Assembly (NCBI GenBank): GCA_043228905.1
Contig: JBHGNT010000017.1
Coordinates: 7,316,001-7,380,000, forward strand
Reading direction: 5' to 3'
Length of the DNA stretch: 64,000 nt
Source: Azolla caroliniana
Taxonomy: Eukaryota; Plantae; Polypodiophyta
Part shown: in pieces, positions 23,051-36,400 of the stretch
Numbering within the stretch: position 1 is the first letter of the stretch
Layout of the letters: every line of letters starts with the position of its first letter
The notes under the pieces: model-generated
Seen by the model: the letters and a program-made list of their open reading frames with translations, nothing else
What the model was told of the DNA's origin: nothing
Databases searched by the model: none
Made by a program: the position numbers and the translations under genes

Positions 23051-23270
23051 TATTGGACATCTACTACTGAGACTACTACATCATTTGGAAAATCAGATAT
23101 GCAAGTCTTAAATTGATGGGCTTGCCATGAATAAATTAAGCTATGTTTAATGAACTTTCCTAGAGATACTACAAATAGAGACACCAAATCCCTTTGTTTA
23201 AGCGACTTCCTAATGAGATCCTTTCTTTTACACATCTTTCCTTCGAAACTGGTGTCCATAGACTCAGATA
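23050..23270 (-). pseudogene. Fragment of a second, different DNA transposase (DFAENY-type)
   Basis: FIKHSLIYSWQAHQFKTCISDFPNDVVVSVVD resembles the segment preceding the DF(A/S)ENY motif. It is cut at the junction with the plus-strand transposase. A possible decayed N-terminal part lies at ~31050-31565 (minus). Confidence 0.5.
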
Positions 23271-23454
23271 ACTTGACAAAGATTCTTTAAGCGTCTCACA
23301 AAGTGTGGTTTAAGAGACTCAAATGTCCGTAGTTGAACTTTGCTATTTGGATGCATTCGCTTGAACCTAATAAATAAATTGACCTGCATAATAAAAAGGG
23401 AGTCCAGTGAGTATTCTGATGTGCCGTGATGTAGCTTGTTAGATATAGTGTGGT

Positions 23455-23558
23455 AGCTGATTAGCTATGATCGTACTCTCCTAGTAGCTAATTAGCTATT
23501 GACAGTCGCTAATTAGCTATCAATAGTAGTTAATTAGGTAGCTAATTAGCTAATTAGC
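23455..23558. repeat. TAGCTAATTAGCTA palindromic repeat tract (continues 29311-29810 after the Ty3 insertion)
   Basis: Many copies of (T)AGCTAATTAGCT(A). The tract is split by the Ty3 element, whose TSD is TTAGC. Confidence 0.85.
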
Positions 23559-24111
23559 TGTCATGATAACACTCACATCATGCATCAAAAGGATTATGAC
23601 ACTCACATTATGACTCGAAAGGATTTGAACCCACGACCTTGTTGTACACATGTCAAATCCTTAACCATTGTATTAATATTCTTATATGTATAGTCTCTAG
23701 AATATGAAATCTAATATCATAGGAATATTCTATATTACTCTACATTCCAAAATGACCTAGAATATTCTAGAGTGTTCTATACCACTAGAACCTTCTAGAA
23801 TACTCTAGAGATCTTCTAGATTACTCTACATTCTAGGATAACCTAGAATATTCTAGAGTGTTCTCTATTACTTATAAATAAGGATCTACCACCCATCCCA
23901 AACCTAAATAATTGGTTCAACGCCATTTTGTAGCCTACTCTTTGTAATCCATTTTACGCTTCAATATAATAATTCTCTTTCTATCTCTTTTTCTCTCTTT
24001 CTCTCTCTCAGTCTTGACAGTTTGAGCCAATTTAATTTTTTCCTTTCATCTCTTCGTCTTCCACAAATTCTAACAAGTTCTCTTCTTCCTTCTCCTCTCC
24101 TCTCGTAAGCT

Positions 24112-25224
24112 ATGGAGTCCGTGAGCAAACAAGAATACATGCGTGTTCTTTCTGAGCTCGACATGCTCACGAATAAATTTGTGGCATTAGAGCATGAGAA
24201 TCAAAGGCTACTTGGAGATCTACAACACGTGAGCGCCGAAAAAGCTCAACAATATGAAGAGTTATCTCAACTCGAGGCGACTATATTGTCATTACGTGAG
24301 CAAGCGTCGGGGGCTCAGAACTCCCCTAGAGAGCCAAAGATCAGCCTCCCTGCCAAGTTTGATGGTACGAGGTCTTTATTTCGAGGCTTTTTGAATCAAG
24401 TTCAACTAGTTATTCAGCTACATTCCAATCGGTATCCAACTGATGCTGCTCGTGTGGGATTAGTGGGAACTTTGCTATGCGGTACGACATTAGTATGGTT
24501 CGCACCACTTCTCGAGAAGAAATCACCATTGTTGGAGGATTTCGAGGCATTTGTTAAAGAGTTTCAAGCTAGTTTCGGAGACACCGACATCACTAGGACA
24601 GCGATAAACAAGATTCGAAGGCTCCGACAAGGAGATCGTCCCGCGTCATCTTATGCAGCCGATTTCCGTCTCTTGGTATGTGATATCCCTTGGGATGAGG
24701 CAGCTTTAATGGATCAATTTCGTCAAGGTTTGAGAAATGATGTCAAAGATCTTCTTCTTACTTTCCCTGAAGATCCGTAGTCACTTACAGAAGCCATTAG
24801 TCGAGCTGTGCGATGTGATAATCGCCTATTTGAGCGACGTTCTGAGCGCCAACAAATGTTACGCCGCCAACCTGAGCAGACTTACGCTTCCGTAGTCGCA
24901 ACACCGCCACAAGTTTCTAGACCCATTACAAGGGATGGCCCAACTCCGATGGAAATAGAGTCAACATAACGTCGTGGGCCGTTATCAGATGCTGAGAAGC
25001 AACGACATCGAGCGCATCGCCTCTGCCTGTATTGTGGTAGTCCAGGACATATAGCTGTAAATTGTCCACATAAACCTAGGCGTCAAGTATACCAAGTAAG
25101 TGCCCATGAAAACCCTACATCGAGTTCTATTGTTACTTCTAATAACATAAATAAGCCTCATAGTCCATGCCATGAGAATAGATTCGATGTCTTGAGTCAA
25201 TTAGAGGATGTGTTAAACGAGTAA
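24112..25224 (+). pseudogene. Ty3 gag with CCHC knuckle, premature stops
   Basis: PREPKISLPAKFDG.... TAG at 24778 and TAA near 24968. CLYCGSPGHIAVNC at ~25020-25065. Confidence 0.88.
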
Positions 25225-25310
25225 GTTCGGCCAAAATAGGAGCCATTTGGCTGGACCATCCGAGCTATGTAGAGTTAGTTCCTAGTCGTGGTTCCATTTC
25301 ATCAAATCAA

Positions 25311-28300
25311 GTGAGTCGAGTTTTTTCAGCACAAGTCGAGCTTACCACATCTGCATGTCATCGAGTCCTAGCCTTTGCCCTTCTAGATTCTGGAGCCAAC
25401 TCTTGTTTCATGGATCGTGAATTTGCCTTGTCACAAAACATCCTCTTGAATAAGCTTCCCAGCCCAATAGTCGTAGGAGTCATTGATGGACGTCCCATAG
25501 CATCAGGAGATATAGTCGAGGAGTTCGAGCCAATTAGGATAGTTCTTGGCAATTTGGCAAGCATAATCTCTTTCAACATTATTCGTAGTCCAGAACACCC
25601 AATAGTTCTAGGTCTCCCCTGGTTTGAACTCCATAACCCGAAGATTGATTGGATGAAAAGAACAATTGAGGAGACCCGAGGAAAAAGCACAAACCCTGCA
25701 TCCCTCTCTCCTACATGTGATAATAGATCCCCGGAGTTATCGCCCATCTCTTTACGACAGTTGCGGGAGGAAGGGGGGAACGAGGCCATGTTCGTCTTCG
25801 CAATAATAGCAACTCCATCATCCACTTCACGTGAGGCAGATATTAAACTACCAGAGAAATACAAGGAGTTTTCAGATGTCTTTGATAAGGTGAAGGCCAA
25901 TACATTGCCGGAGCATCGGCCATACGACTGCCCTATTGACTTACAACCAGGGAAAGAACCTCCATGGGGCCCAATTTATAATCTCTCCCCTGTAGAGCTA
26001 GAAACTTTGCGGGAATATATTGATGAGAGTCTGGCAAACGGATTCATTCGGCATTCTAGATCCCCTGCTGGTGCACCTATCTTCTTCATTAAGAAGAAGA
26101 ATGGGACTCTTCGGTTGGTCGTGGATTATCGAGGGCTAAACAAAGTGACTATCCGGAATAGATATGCTCTACCATTAATCCCAAATCTTTTGGAACGTCT
26201 TAGTGGTGCAAAATATTTCACGAAGTTGGACCTTCGCGGAGCATATAATCTAGTTCGGATTCGCCCGGGGGATGAATGAAGACAGCTTTCCGCACTCGCT
26301 ATGGACATTTTGAGTATACAGTGATGCCATTCGGTCTCACGAATGCACCTGCTATTTTCCAACATATGGCGAACGATATTTTTCGAGATTTTCTTGATAT
26401 CTTCACTATAGTTTACCTAGATGATATTTTAATCTAATCAAAGACCCAAGAGGAGCATGATGAACATGTTCGTCAGGTATTGCGTCGACTCCGAGAATAT
26501 GGTCTCTACGCAAAATTAGAAAAGTGTAGTTTCGGCCAGAATCAAGTGGAATTTTTGGGGTATGTTGTATCGTCAAATGGTATTGCTATGGACCCCATGA
26601 AGGTACAAGCAATTTTAGAGTGGCAAACGCCCCTTTCAGTGCGTGATGTGCAATGTTTTCTCGGGTTTGCAAATTTTTATCGAAAATTTATTGAAGATTA
26701 TTCCAAGGTTGTGCTTCCGCTTACTCAGCTCACACATAAAGATCGACCATTTATATGGAGTTCAGATGCAGCTAAGGCATTCGAAAGCTTAAAACGAGCA
26801 TTTACAACAACACCTATCTTAGCACATGTCGACCCAACAAAACGCTTCATCCTCGAAGCCGATGCATCCGATTTTGCACTAGGGAGTGTCCTCTCGCAGA
26901 CTGGAGATGATGGACACCTACACCCTGTTGCCTTTCATTCATGAAAGTTTGAAGCTGCAGAGATCAACTATGAGATCCATGATAAAGAGCTTCTTGCAAT
27001 CGTGGATTCGTTTCAACAATGGCGACATTTCCTAGAAGGTTCTTCTCAGCAGATCATTGTCTACAATGATCATAAGAACCTGACTTATTTCCAAAATGCT
27101 CGAGTCTTGAGTCGGCGACAAGCCCGATGGGCACAATTTTTGACTCACTTCGATTTTATCATCATATATCGCCCTGGGATGCAACAAAGCAAAGCATATG
27201 CTCTTTCTCGGCGCTCTTATATGGAACTTCGTCCAAGGGAACCTGCATTTGAGCATCAAAAACAAATCCTTTTGGGTCCTAATCGATTACGATTAATGGT
27301 AGTTAACGCCATAACAACTCTTGAAAATTTCACTCTTCTTGATTCCATTCGAGATCATATGGCCACTGATGATTTCGCCAAGGATATTTTGGATCATATC
27401 ATCCCGGATCGTGGTTCTTGCTCACGGTCAAAAAATCCTCGTAATGACTATTGTCAGTTCTATTGGCATGGTGGTTTTCTATTTCGACAAAATTTATTGT
27501 ATGTTCCTAATGGTCCCCCATGGCTACAAGTTTTGCAACATTGCCATGACTCACCAATGGCTGGTCATTTTGGAGTTCACAAGACTCTAGAATTAATTTC
27601 TCGATGCTATTGGTGGCCTCGCCTTCGGCATTTTGTTGAGGAGTATGTTCGGAGTTGTGATATATGTTGTCGATCAAAGAATCCTCGTCACCGACCCTAT
27701 GGCTTACTACAACCACTTCCCATTCCGGAAACTCCTTGGAAGTCTATATCCTTGGACTTCATTACTGATCTCCCAGTTTCAAAAGGTTTTGATGCAATTC
27801 TCACAGTGGTTGATCGATTTACCAAAATGGCACATTTCTTGCCATGTACAAAGTCGATTACTAGTCAAGAGGCGGCTGATCTCGTTATGCGGGAGGTATT
27901 TAAGCATCATGGTTTGCCGGATGATATTATTAGTGATCGTGGTCCACAATTCATCTCAAAGTTTTGGAAGCACTTGTTCAAACTTCTCCACATTTCAGTT
28001 AAGCTTTCCTCGGGCTATCATCCTGAAACAAATGGCCAAACAGAGCGTACCAACCAGACATTGGAACAATATCTTCGTTGTTTCATCAACTATCAACAAG
28101 ATGATTGGGTTGCTTTTTTGCACTTGGTGGAATTCGCTTACAACAACTCAACCCATTCTTCTACAGGATATTCCCCATTTTTCGCAAATACGGGCTGTCA
28201 TCCTCGGTGGACGATGAATGCGCATCCAGAAGTTCCTACCAACCCCTGCTGCCGAGGATCCTCTTAGTCACCTCCAAAAAATTCAAGCTAACATTCTCCA

Positions 28301-28862
28301 CAATTTGCACGATGCTCAATTTACACACAAGAGGCTTGCCGATAGTCATCGTCTAGACTCCTCAAAAAAGTTCCGCATTGGGGATCATGTATGGCTTCTC
28401 CAACACAACATCAAGACTACTCGACCTTGCAGTAAATTGGATTACCAACGTTTTGGCCCTTACATGATCACTGGTAAGATAAGTGATGTTGTATTTCGTC
28501 TTGACCTCCCTCCGCACATGCATCTTCATACGGTGTTTCATGTATCCCTTTTGGAACCTTATACTACAAGTTCAATTCCGGGCCGACTTACGACACCCCC
28601 ACCACCTGTCAAGTTCTTGGACGGGCCTGAATTTGAAGTTGCTGCCCTTCTCGATTCTAAAATCGTGCGCAACAAGCTGTATTACTTAGTTGATTGGCTA
28701 GGTTATATCTCCAATGATCGAACTTGGGAACCTGCCGCAAATCTTTCCAATGCTGCAGAACTCGTCAATGCATTTCATCGCCAATATCCTTGTAAACCAG
28801 GTCCTAATACAAACCCTACGACCTGTGAGACGTGTTGTCGAAGAAGGGGGATAGTGTCATGA
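25311..28862 (+). pseudogene. Ty3 pol (PR-RT-RH-IN-chromodomain), a few stops and frameshifts
   Basis: ORFs 25311-26279, 26480-26944, 27002-28267 and 28218-28862. Chromodomain EFEVAALLDSKIVRNKLYYLVDWLGY..RTWEP. Confidence 0.93.
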
Positions 28863-29310
28863 TAACACTCACATCATGCATCAAAAGGATCATGACACTC
28901 ACATTATGACTCGAAAGGATTTGAACCCACGACCTTGTTGTACACATGTCAAATCCTTAACCATTGTATTAATATTCTTATATGTATAGTCTCTAGAATA
29001 TGAAATCTAATATCATAGGAATATTCTATATTACTCTACATTCTAGAATGACCTAGAATATTCTAGAGTGTTCTATACCACTAGAACCTTCTAGAATACT
29101 CTAGAGATCTTCTAGATTACTCTACATTCTAGGATAACCTAGAATATTCTAGTGTTCTCTATTACTTATAAATAAGGATCTAACACCCATCCCAAACCTA
29201 AATTGGTTCAACGCCATTTTGTAGCCTACTCTTTGTAATCCATTTTACGCTTCAATATAATAATTCTCTTTCTATCTCTTTTTCTCTCTTTCTCTCTCTC
29301 AGTCTTGACA

Positions 29311-29810
29311 TTAGCTATACAAAGTAACTAATTAGCTATTAAGTGCAGCAAATTAGCTATTAAGTGTAGCAAAGTAGCTAATTAGCTATTAGGAGTAGCT
29401 ATTATCATATTTGGAGGTAGCTAATTAGTTGATAATAACTAAATTAGCTATTGGCAATCGCTAGTTAGCTATTACCAATAGCTAGTTAGATATGGTCATA
29501 TTCTGAGATAGCTAATTAGCTATTGTGGTAGCTAATTAGCTGATAATAGCTAAGTTTACTATGGAATAGCTATTTAACTATTACTAGTAGTTAGTTAGCT
29601 ATGGTCATCTTCTGATGCTAATTAGCGACAGTTATAGCTAGTTAGCTATTAAGAGTAGCTAATTAGTTATTAAGAGTAGCTAATTAGATATTAAGTGTAG
29701 CTAATTAGCTAATTAGCCATTAAGAGTAGCAATGGTCATATTCTGAGGTAGCTAATTAGCTATTGTAGTAGCTAATTAGTTGATAATAGCTAAATTAGCT
29801 ATTGGCAATT
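29311..29810. repeat. TAGCTAAT-rich repeat tract
   Basis: Dense AGCTAATTAGCT motifs with a higher-order unit containing tatggtcatattctgagRtagc. Confidence 0.85.
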
Positions 29811-30539
29811 GATTAGGAGATAGAGAAAAATGATAGAGAAGAGAGGAGGAGGAAAAAAGAATGGTTCAATATACTAATAAGAGAAGAATACAATCCTCTT
29901 AGACACCAAGTGGAACAACCCCAAATAACTACTTCAATATATTATTACTAAAATAGTCTTTTTGCCTTCTCTCTTTCTTCTACTAATCGTCTTCCCACTT
30001 CTTCTAATCTTCTTCTACTTCCTTACTTCTTCTTTTTCACTTCTTCTTGTAGATCTTCTGTCCTTCCCAATAGATATTCTATTCTTCCTCCCTCCCCCAT
30101 ATTGCTAAGAATACCGCATATTTATAGGTTTTTAGTTGCATTATTCTTGCTTTTTTCTTTTCTTTTCTTTACATATCCTCAAGTTTGTGTGGTGCATTTT
30201 TCATATAATTATTCTTGGGTTTTCATCCAATTTTTTCATACAAGAAAGCTCTCTTTGTCAGCTTTCTTACGAATCTTTTCTTTTGAAATTTGGATAAGAG
30301 ATGAAGTTATGAGGTTTTTTCTCTACCTTGTTTTTTTTGCTTAATTTCGTACGTTTTTCTTCTTTTTCTTTTTCTTTTCTTTTTCCACTTTTGAAAAACG
30401 CCTCTAACTTTATTTCTCTTCAATTTCATTTATCTTTTAACTCTTGGACCTTTTATGTTGTGCTTTATTCTTCTATACCTTCGCATCCAATGTATTTGTC
30501 ACGGTCTTTTCCCATGAGCAAAAATTGACTTCACAGCAA

Positions 30540-30840
30540 TCTCTAATTAGCTATTACCAGTAGCTAGTTAGCTATGGTCATATTCTGAGATAGCTAATTA
30601 GCTATTGTGGTAGGTAGTTAGCTGATAATAGCTAAGTTTACTATTGGCAATAACTATTTAGCTATTACCAGTAGCTAGTTAGCTATGGTCATATTCTGAG
30701 ATAGCTAATTAGCTATTGTGGTAGCTAGTTAGCTGATAATAGCTAAGTTTACTATTGGCAATAACTATTTAGCTATTACCAGTAGCTAGTTAGCTATGGT
30801 CATATTCTGAGGTAGCTAATTAGTTAACTAACTAAGCTCA
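30540..30840. repeat. ~111-bp tandem units of the TAGCTA-rich repeat
   Basis: agctattaccagtagctagttagctatggtcatattctgag recurs three times. Confidence 0.85.
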
Positions 30841-31799
30841 AAAATCAAAACAAAAGTTGACATAATTGTAAATACCTTAGGTACATCAAGAAGATGAATG
30901 GGATGCTCCTCGTATTGACTCCTTCCAACAGGTTTCCTGCATAAATCCTTCTTATGGGGTAAAACCCTACTTTGATTAGTCCAAAATATGGTGATTGTAT
31001 CCTTGATTGCTAATGTTATGGTGTTATTGGCTTACATCTTGTTGTTAGCTTTAGCAAACTAGTTCCTTCACCACTTGAAATTATCCGGCTCATTGTTTGT
31101 ACACAGTTTTTCTACTAACACGAATTACCTTATATAGCACACTGATGTTAAGATCGTCAACATCACTATTAAGTAACAGATGTTATGTTTGCATTAAGAC
31201 CATTACAATCAACAAACTCCTTTATCGATGGATCATTTAATATTCCATAAATTAGTACCTTCTTTTCTTCATTGCTGATGTGCTTGGTCTAAACATTGAA
31301 ATAGTCTAGAACCTTTCTCTCTATGCTAGTAGTCTCATTACTTCCATTCTGAATGGTATTCAGATCTATATCGCAACCAATACTATCCTTACCTTTAGTG
31401 AATGTGGCTTTCGTATCCTTCAACAATTGACGATGTTTCCTATTTTTTTTGCCCAATACTTTCGTATAGCTTGTTGTGTCCTGATAGCGTCATCCCTATC
31501 CTGATGATCGATGAGGGGTATTGGTAAACACCCTCCTTCGCCTTCCATTTGGCTTGACATATTCATTAGTAAAAATCCACACAAAAAAGACACCTAGCTA
31601 GTTACTAAACCACATGCAAACCAGTTATTCACAGGAGCGATCCCATCATTGGTAAGTTTATGTTTGTTGTAGCGGAGTCAAAGCTACTCAACTACCATCG
31701 GGAACGAGCTAAGATGACTATGGGCAACAACAATACACAAAATTATTCCACAATACACAAGATTATATAGAAAAATACACAAGATAATCAACACACGGA

Positions 31800-32470
31800 A
31801 CAATTATTGCAAGCCAGGACCGAACAATGGCGGCAACTATGTGTAGAGTGGTGGCAATGGAGGAGTGAACTCCGTCAGATCGAATAGTGGCAGATGATGC
31901 TTGGAACGCAGAGTGGTGGCAACTGAGTGTAGAATGACAGCAATGGAGGAGTGAACTCCGTTGGATCGAATAGTGGCAGCAATCCACGACCGAATAGTAG
32001 TAGCAACTGAGTGTAGAATGGCAACAATGGAGGAGTGAACTCCATCGGATCAAACAATTACTGCAATCCACGACTGAATAATGGCGGCAATTGAGTATAG
32101 AATGGTGGCAATGGAGTGAATTCCTTCAGATCGAATAGTGGCAGATGATGCTTGGAACGCACAGTGGCGACAACTGAGTGTAGAATGGTGGCAGTGGAGG
32201 AGGAGTGAACTCCGTCAGATCGCACAATGGTAGCAATCCACGACTAAACAATAGCGGTAATTGAGTGTAGAATGGCAACAATGGAGGAGTGAAGTCAATA
32301 GGAGCGAATAGTGGCAGATGATGCTTGGACCGAATAGTGGCGGCAACTGAGTATAGAATGGCGCCAATGGAGGAGTGAACTTCGTTGAATCGAACAGTGG
32401 CAGATGATGCTTGCACCGCACAATGGCAGCAACTGAGTGTAGAATGGCGGTAATGGAGGAGTGGACTCAA
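31800..32470. repeat. Minisatellite of ~60-85 bp alternating subunits
   Basis: Recurrent gaatagtggcagatgatgcttgg / aactgagtgtagaatgg / caatggaggagtgaactcc. Confidence 0.85.
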
Positions 32471-32939
32471 TAGGGTTTAGGAACAGTGGAGTAATCTAAG
32501 CCTAAATAGTCACAAAGTGTTGGCCAACGTGATGTGGCAATGGATCATGCATAATGGTATATAACTTATGGTGCACATATCCATTTATGCTACAAATTTA
32601 TGTTGCACATTTATGGTGCTCATTTATATAATTAAAACATTCTAATGTTTTCAATCATGGTGCAAAAATGACTATTTATCACTGGTAGCTTTTTGCATCT
32701 AATTAGCTCTGTCAAGGACATAGCTAATTGTTTCCACTCGGCATGCTTTCACCAAGAAACAAGCAAAAATACATACATCCATACATACAATTAAATTCTA
32801 AACAAACGAAATGTACAAAAGAAAATAAATATATAATAAGTACATGTTTAAAAAAAGTAAAAACAAAAATTAAACATGTTGCAAAATGACGATATGTAAG
32901 TGACGCTGATAGAGATGTGTTTTGGCATTACTACCAACC

Positions 32940-33260
32940 TATTTTGTTGTGACATGTATAGAACACATGTATCCACATAGATCTAACATGCACTTATATG
33001 AAACACATATATACACACATTTGCGTATATAGATACATACACAGACACACACAACATTGACACCTACACACATGGCGTAATACAATACATACAACACATG
33101 CAATACAATACAATACATAAACATGGAATACAACACAATACATACACACACATAGCATATACATACATACATACAACCATACATAAATTATATACAACAC
33201 ATGCAATACAATTCAAATAATACAATGCATATATATATACATCTATAGAACATACATGTG
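32940..33260. repeat. CA/TA-rich low-complexity tract
   Basis: Degenerate ATAC/ACAC/ATACA repeats. Confidence 0.8.
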
Positions 33261-33459
33261 TTTTTCTACGTAAGGGTATTTCAAATGAGTTGTCAAAATA
33301 TATATTGGTAATAAGGGGTATTCTTATTAACCATTTATTTTACAAAAGGGTTCTAAAATATTAGAGAAACCTAATTTTGAACTTGCATGACTTAGTCAAT
33401 GCGTCTTCTGGAACCCAAGTATCAGAGATAAATCTGGTCAACTAATTGGATCAAGTAAG

Positions 33460-36400
33460 TGTTGGCATAAAAGGCCGACTCCTTCTAACTTGTATCCTAG
33501 TGTGAACACATCTTGAAGTTAGGGCTTGAGTATATAAGCTCAACCCTAACATTATAACGAAAAATCTTGTATTTTGAGTCTCTGAGAGTGTAAGAGTTAC
33601 AGAATAACAAGAGCTTGAAGTCTGTCTACGTTTCCATCATTTCTTTTGTCATACTCTGTGTTGTTTGTTGTGCACATAACCGACATGTCCTCACATTCTT
33701 CCCGGCATATCCGTCAACAACTGATATCAGAGTGACTTGCTACTTAGCGGCAACAAAACAGTAGTGAAAGCTGAAAGGAAAGACAAGGTCAGTAAAAATC
33801 TCATTTTCAAAAAGGAACATGGCTTCAACATCCGGTACAAGAGTTGAAATCCAAAAATTCGATGGAAAAAAATTTGCCTTGTGGAAGGAGATGATGTAGG
33901 ATGTGTTGATCATCAGAAGACAGGTCGAAGTTATTCGACATAGTGAAAAACCTACTTCGATGACAACCGAAGACTGGAGATCCATAGCCGAAATTGTGCG
34001 CTCCACCATCCGAATGTATCTGACCGAAAACTTCTACTTCAGCATTGCCAAGGAGATGACAACATTCTTGTTATGGGAGAAGTTGTAGGCTGTGTAGAGA
34101 AAGAAGTCCTCATCTTCGAAATTGATACTGATCAGACAACTATTCAACATGAAGATGACAGAAACCGATCCAACCACCTCCCACATCAACACCTTCAGCC
34201 AAGTGTTGTTTGAACTCTCCTCCCAAGGGATTAACTTCGACGAAGAAGTTAAAGCCCTTGCCCTCCCATCGAGCTTGTGGACGAGTTGGGAGGTATTCTA
34301 CAGGACATTTGCCAATAGCCAACCAAATCTAAATCTACAGGAAACAGTCAGACAAGTCCTTACTGAGGATATTAGGCAAAAATCAATGGGACTCACCATC
34401 GACGAGTCGGCAGAAGCCCATCACTCGACTGATCCAATCGATCAAGAGAACAAGTTGACAGAACCGGTCGAAATACCAATCGGTCAAAAACGAGGGGAGA
34501 CCGACAACGGTCGAAGTCTAGAATGAGTCGATCAAGCGAATTATGCACCCATTGTAGAAAAGTCAGTCCTAATGTTTCTGATTGTTGGTCGATCAAGAGG
34601 AAGAGACTGGTTAGTGATCTAATCAAAATCAAGGACGATCCAACTCGAACCACTCTCCAATCGACAATGAAGTCAATGTTGCTGACACCTGATCCGGAGA
34701 GATCCTCTCCTTAGAGGACTCAATGATCGGAGAAGTTCTCTAAAGTGCGCAAGATGCACATACGTGGTTGCTAGAATTTGGTGCCACATTCCACGTGACC
34801 CCTAACATCGAATGGTTCTCAAACTATTTGGTCGGTGCCAATAGGCAGGAATGCAAAATCGCCGAAGTCGGCAATGTACCAATTCAATTGTCAAATGGAT
34901 ACATGATTGTCATGCACCATGTCCGGCACGTACCCACACTAAAAAGGAGTCTCCATCGGCATGTTAGCCAAAGATGAGTACCGAACGACTCTCAATGAGT
35001 TGACATAGATGATCAGCCAAGGAAACCTGAAGATCGGATGCGGACACAAGTATAATAACTGGTATCCTATCATGGCGATCAATCTAGAAGGGGTTGTGAA
35101 TGTGGCCGAAAAGAGCGATCCGAACTTATGGCATGGCTCACTCAACCATATGTCTCAAGCCGGACTTGACCGGCTAATGGAGATTGGCTACATTCCGAAA
35201 CTCTTAGCAAAGACAGACTTCTGCGAGCATTGTCGATATGGGAAACAAACCAAAAACCAATGAACTCTCTTCACTATGAGATGGTATGACAACCCCTACA
35301 GCTCGTGCACACAGATATATGTGGGCCTATTCCTGAGCGATCCCTAGGAGGCTCTCGGTATGTCATCACATTTGTTGATGACTGTACACGGAAGGTTTGG
35401 GCCTACTCAATTAGGTCCAAAGACGAAGCGCTCGAGTTCTTAATTTGGTGGAAAACTGAAGTGGAGAACTGATCAGGATACATAGTGGAGACACTTCAAT
35501 CCGACAACAAAGGTGAATACACCTCTTGAGCCTTCAAATTGTACCTGTCCGACAAAGGGATCAGACACAAAAAGATCATTCCTACACACCCATGCAAAAT
35601 GGAGTGGGTGAATGGATCAACCGAACAATCTAGGAGAGGGTGGCGACAATGCTCCAACAAGCTAAACTAAAGCTAGAGTTCTGGGCGAAGCATTGCAAAA
35701 GGCAGTATACCTAATCAATCTATCCCCATCAAAAGCAATCTGGCTCGAAGTGCCATAGGAACTGTGGTCAGGCAAACGACCGACCTATGATAGGCTCCAT
35801 ATATTCGGATGCGAAGCCTACACATTCATGGAAGTTGGCACCCCATGCAACAAAATGTATATTTCTGGTTTATGGAACCGATGGGGAATTCGGCTACAGG
35901 ATATGGAACCCAAAGAACCGGAAGTTGATACAGAGCAGTGATGTAGTGGAACCAACAGACAACAATGGGCAAAAAGTTTTCTTTTGAAATCGACAGAGAA
36001 GTCGTAGAAAGACCAACCCACTGGGCCAAATCGGCAATTCGACAAACAGTCGAAATCAACCGAGCTGACACCACCCTTGCTAACTCTGAATTAGCAAGAG
36101 GTCCATCTAGTCGAAAATGGGTCAACTACGCGATTGACAAGAACTGACAAAGACAATATGTCCAAGGCAAAAGCTGCCATGTCAATCAATCCTAAAGAAG
36201 GGGAGGATGACGTGACACTGCCAAAATCCCTGTACATGGGCGAGTCATCCAACAGGACTCCTAACATAAGTGGTTCAACAAATGTCGATCGAAGGGTCCG
36301 AACCGATCACTTCTTCACCCAAAAGATCCGGACGAGTTTGACGACAAACAGAGTTCTATCAATCGGGCCTCGACTACGTCAACTACACTGATGCAGGCGA

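Larger units (their letters stand above)
23559..29310 (+). mobile_element. Ty3/gypsy chromovirus (Tcn1/sushi-like), full length, young
   Basis: LTRs 23559-24019 and 28855-29310 differ by about 4 substitutions and 2 small indels. TSD TTAGC; PPT gaagaagggggatag. Order gag - protease (LLDSGA) - RT (YLDD) - RNase H - integrase - chromodomain. Confidence 0.97.

Noticed and set aside
23612-23680. Functional tRNA gene
   Set aside because: There is no convincing acceptor or anticodon stem; only promoter-box similarity is visible.
31763-33206. Cys/His-rich and Cys/Val/Tyr-rich ORFs
   Set aside because: They are translations of minisatellite and CA/TA low-complexity DNA.
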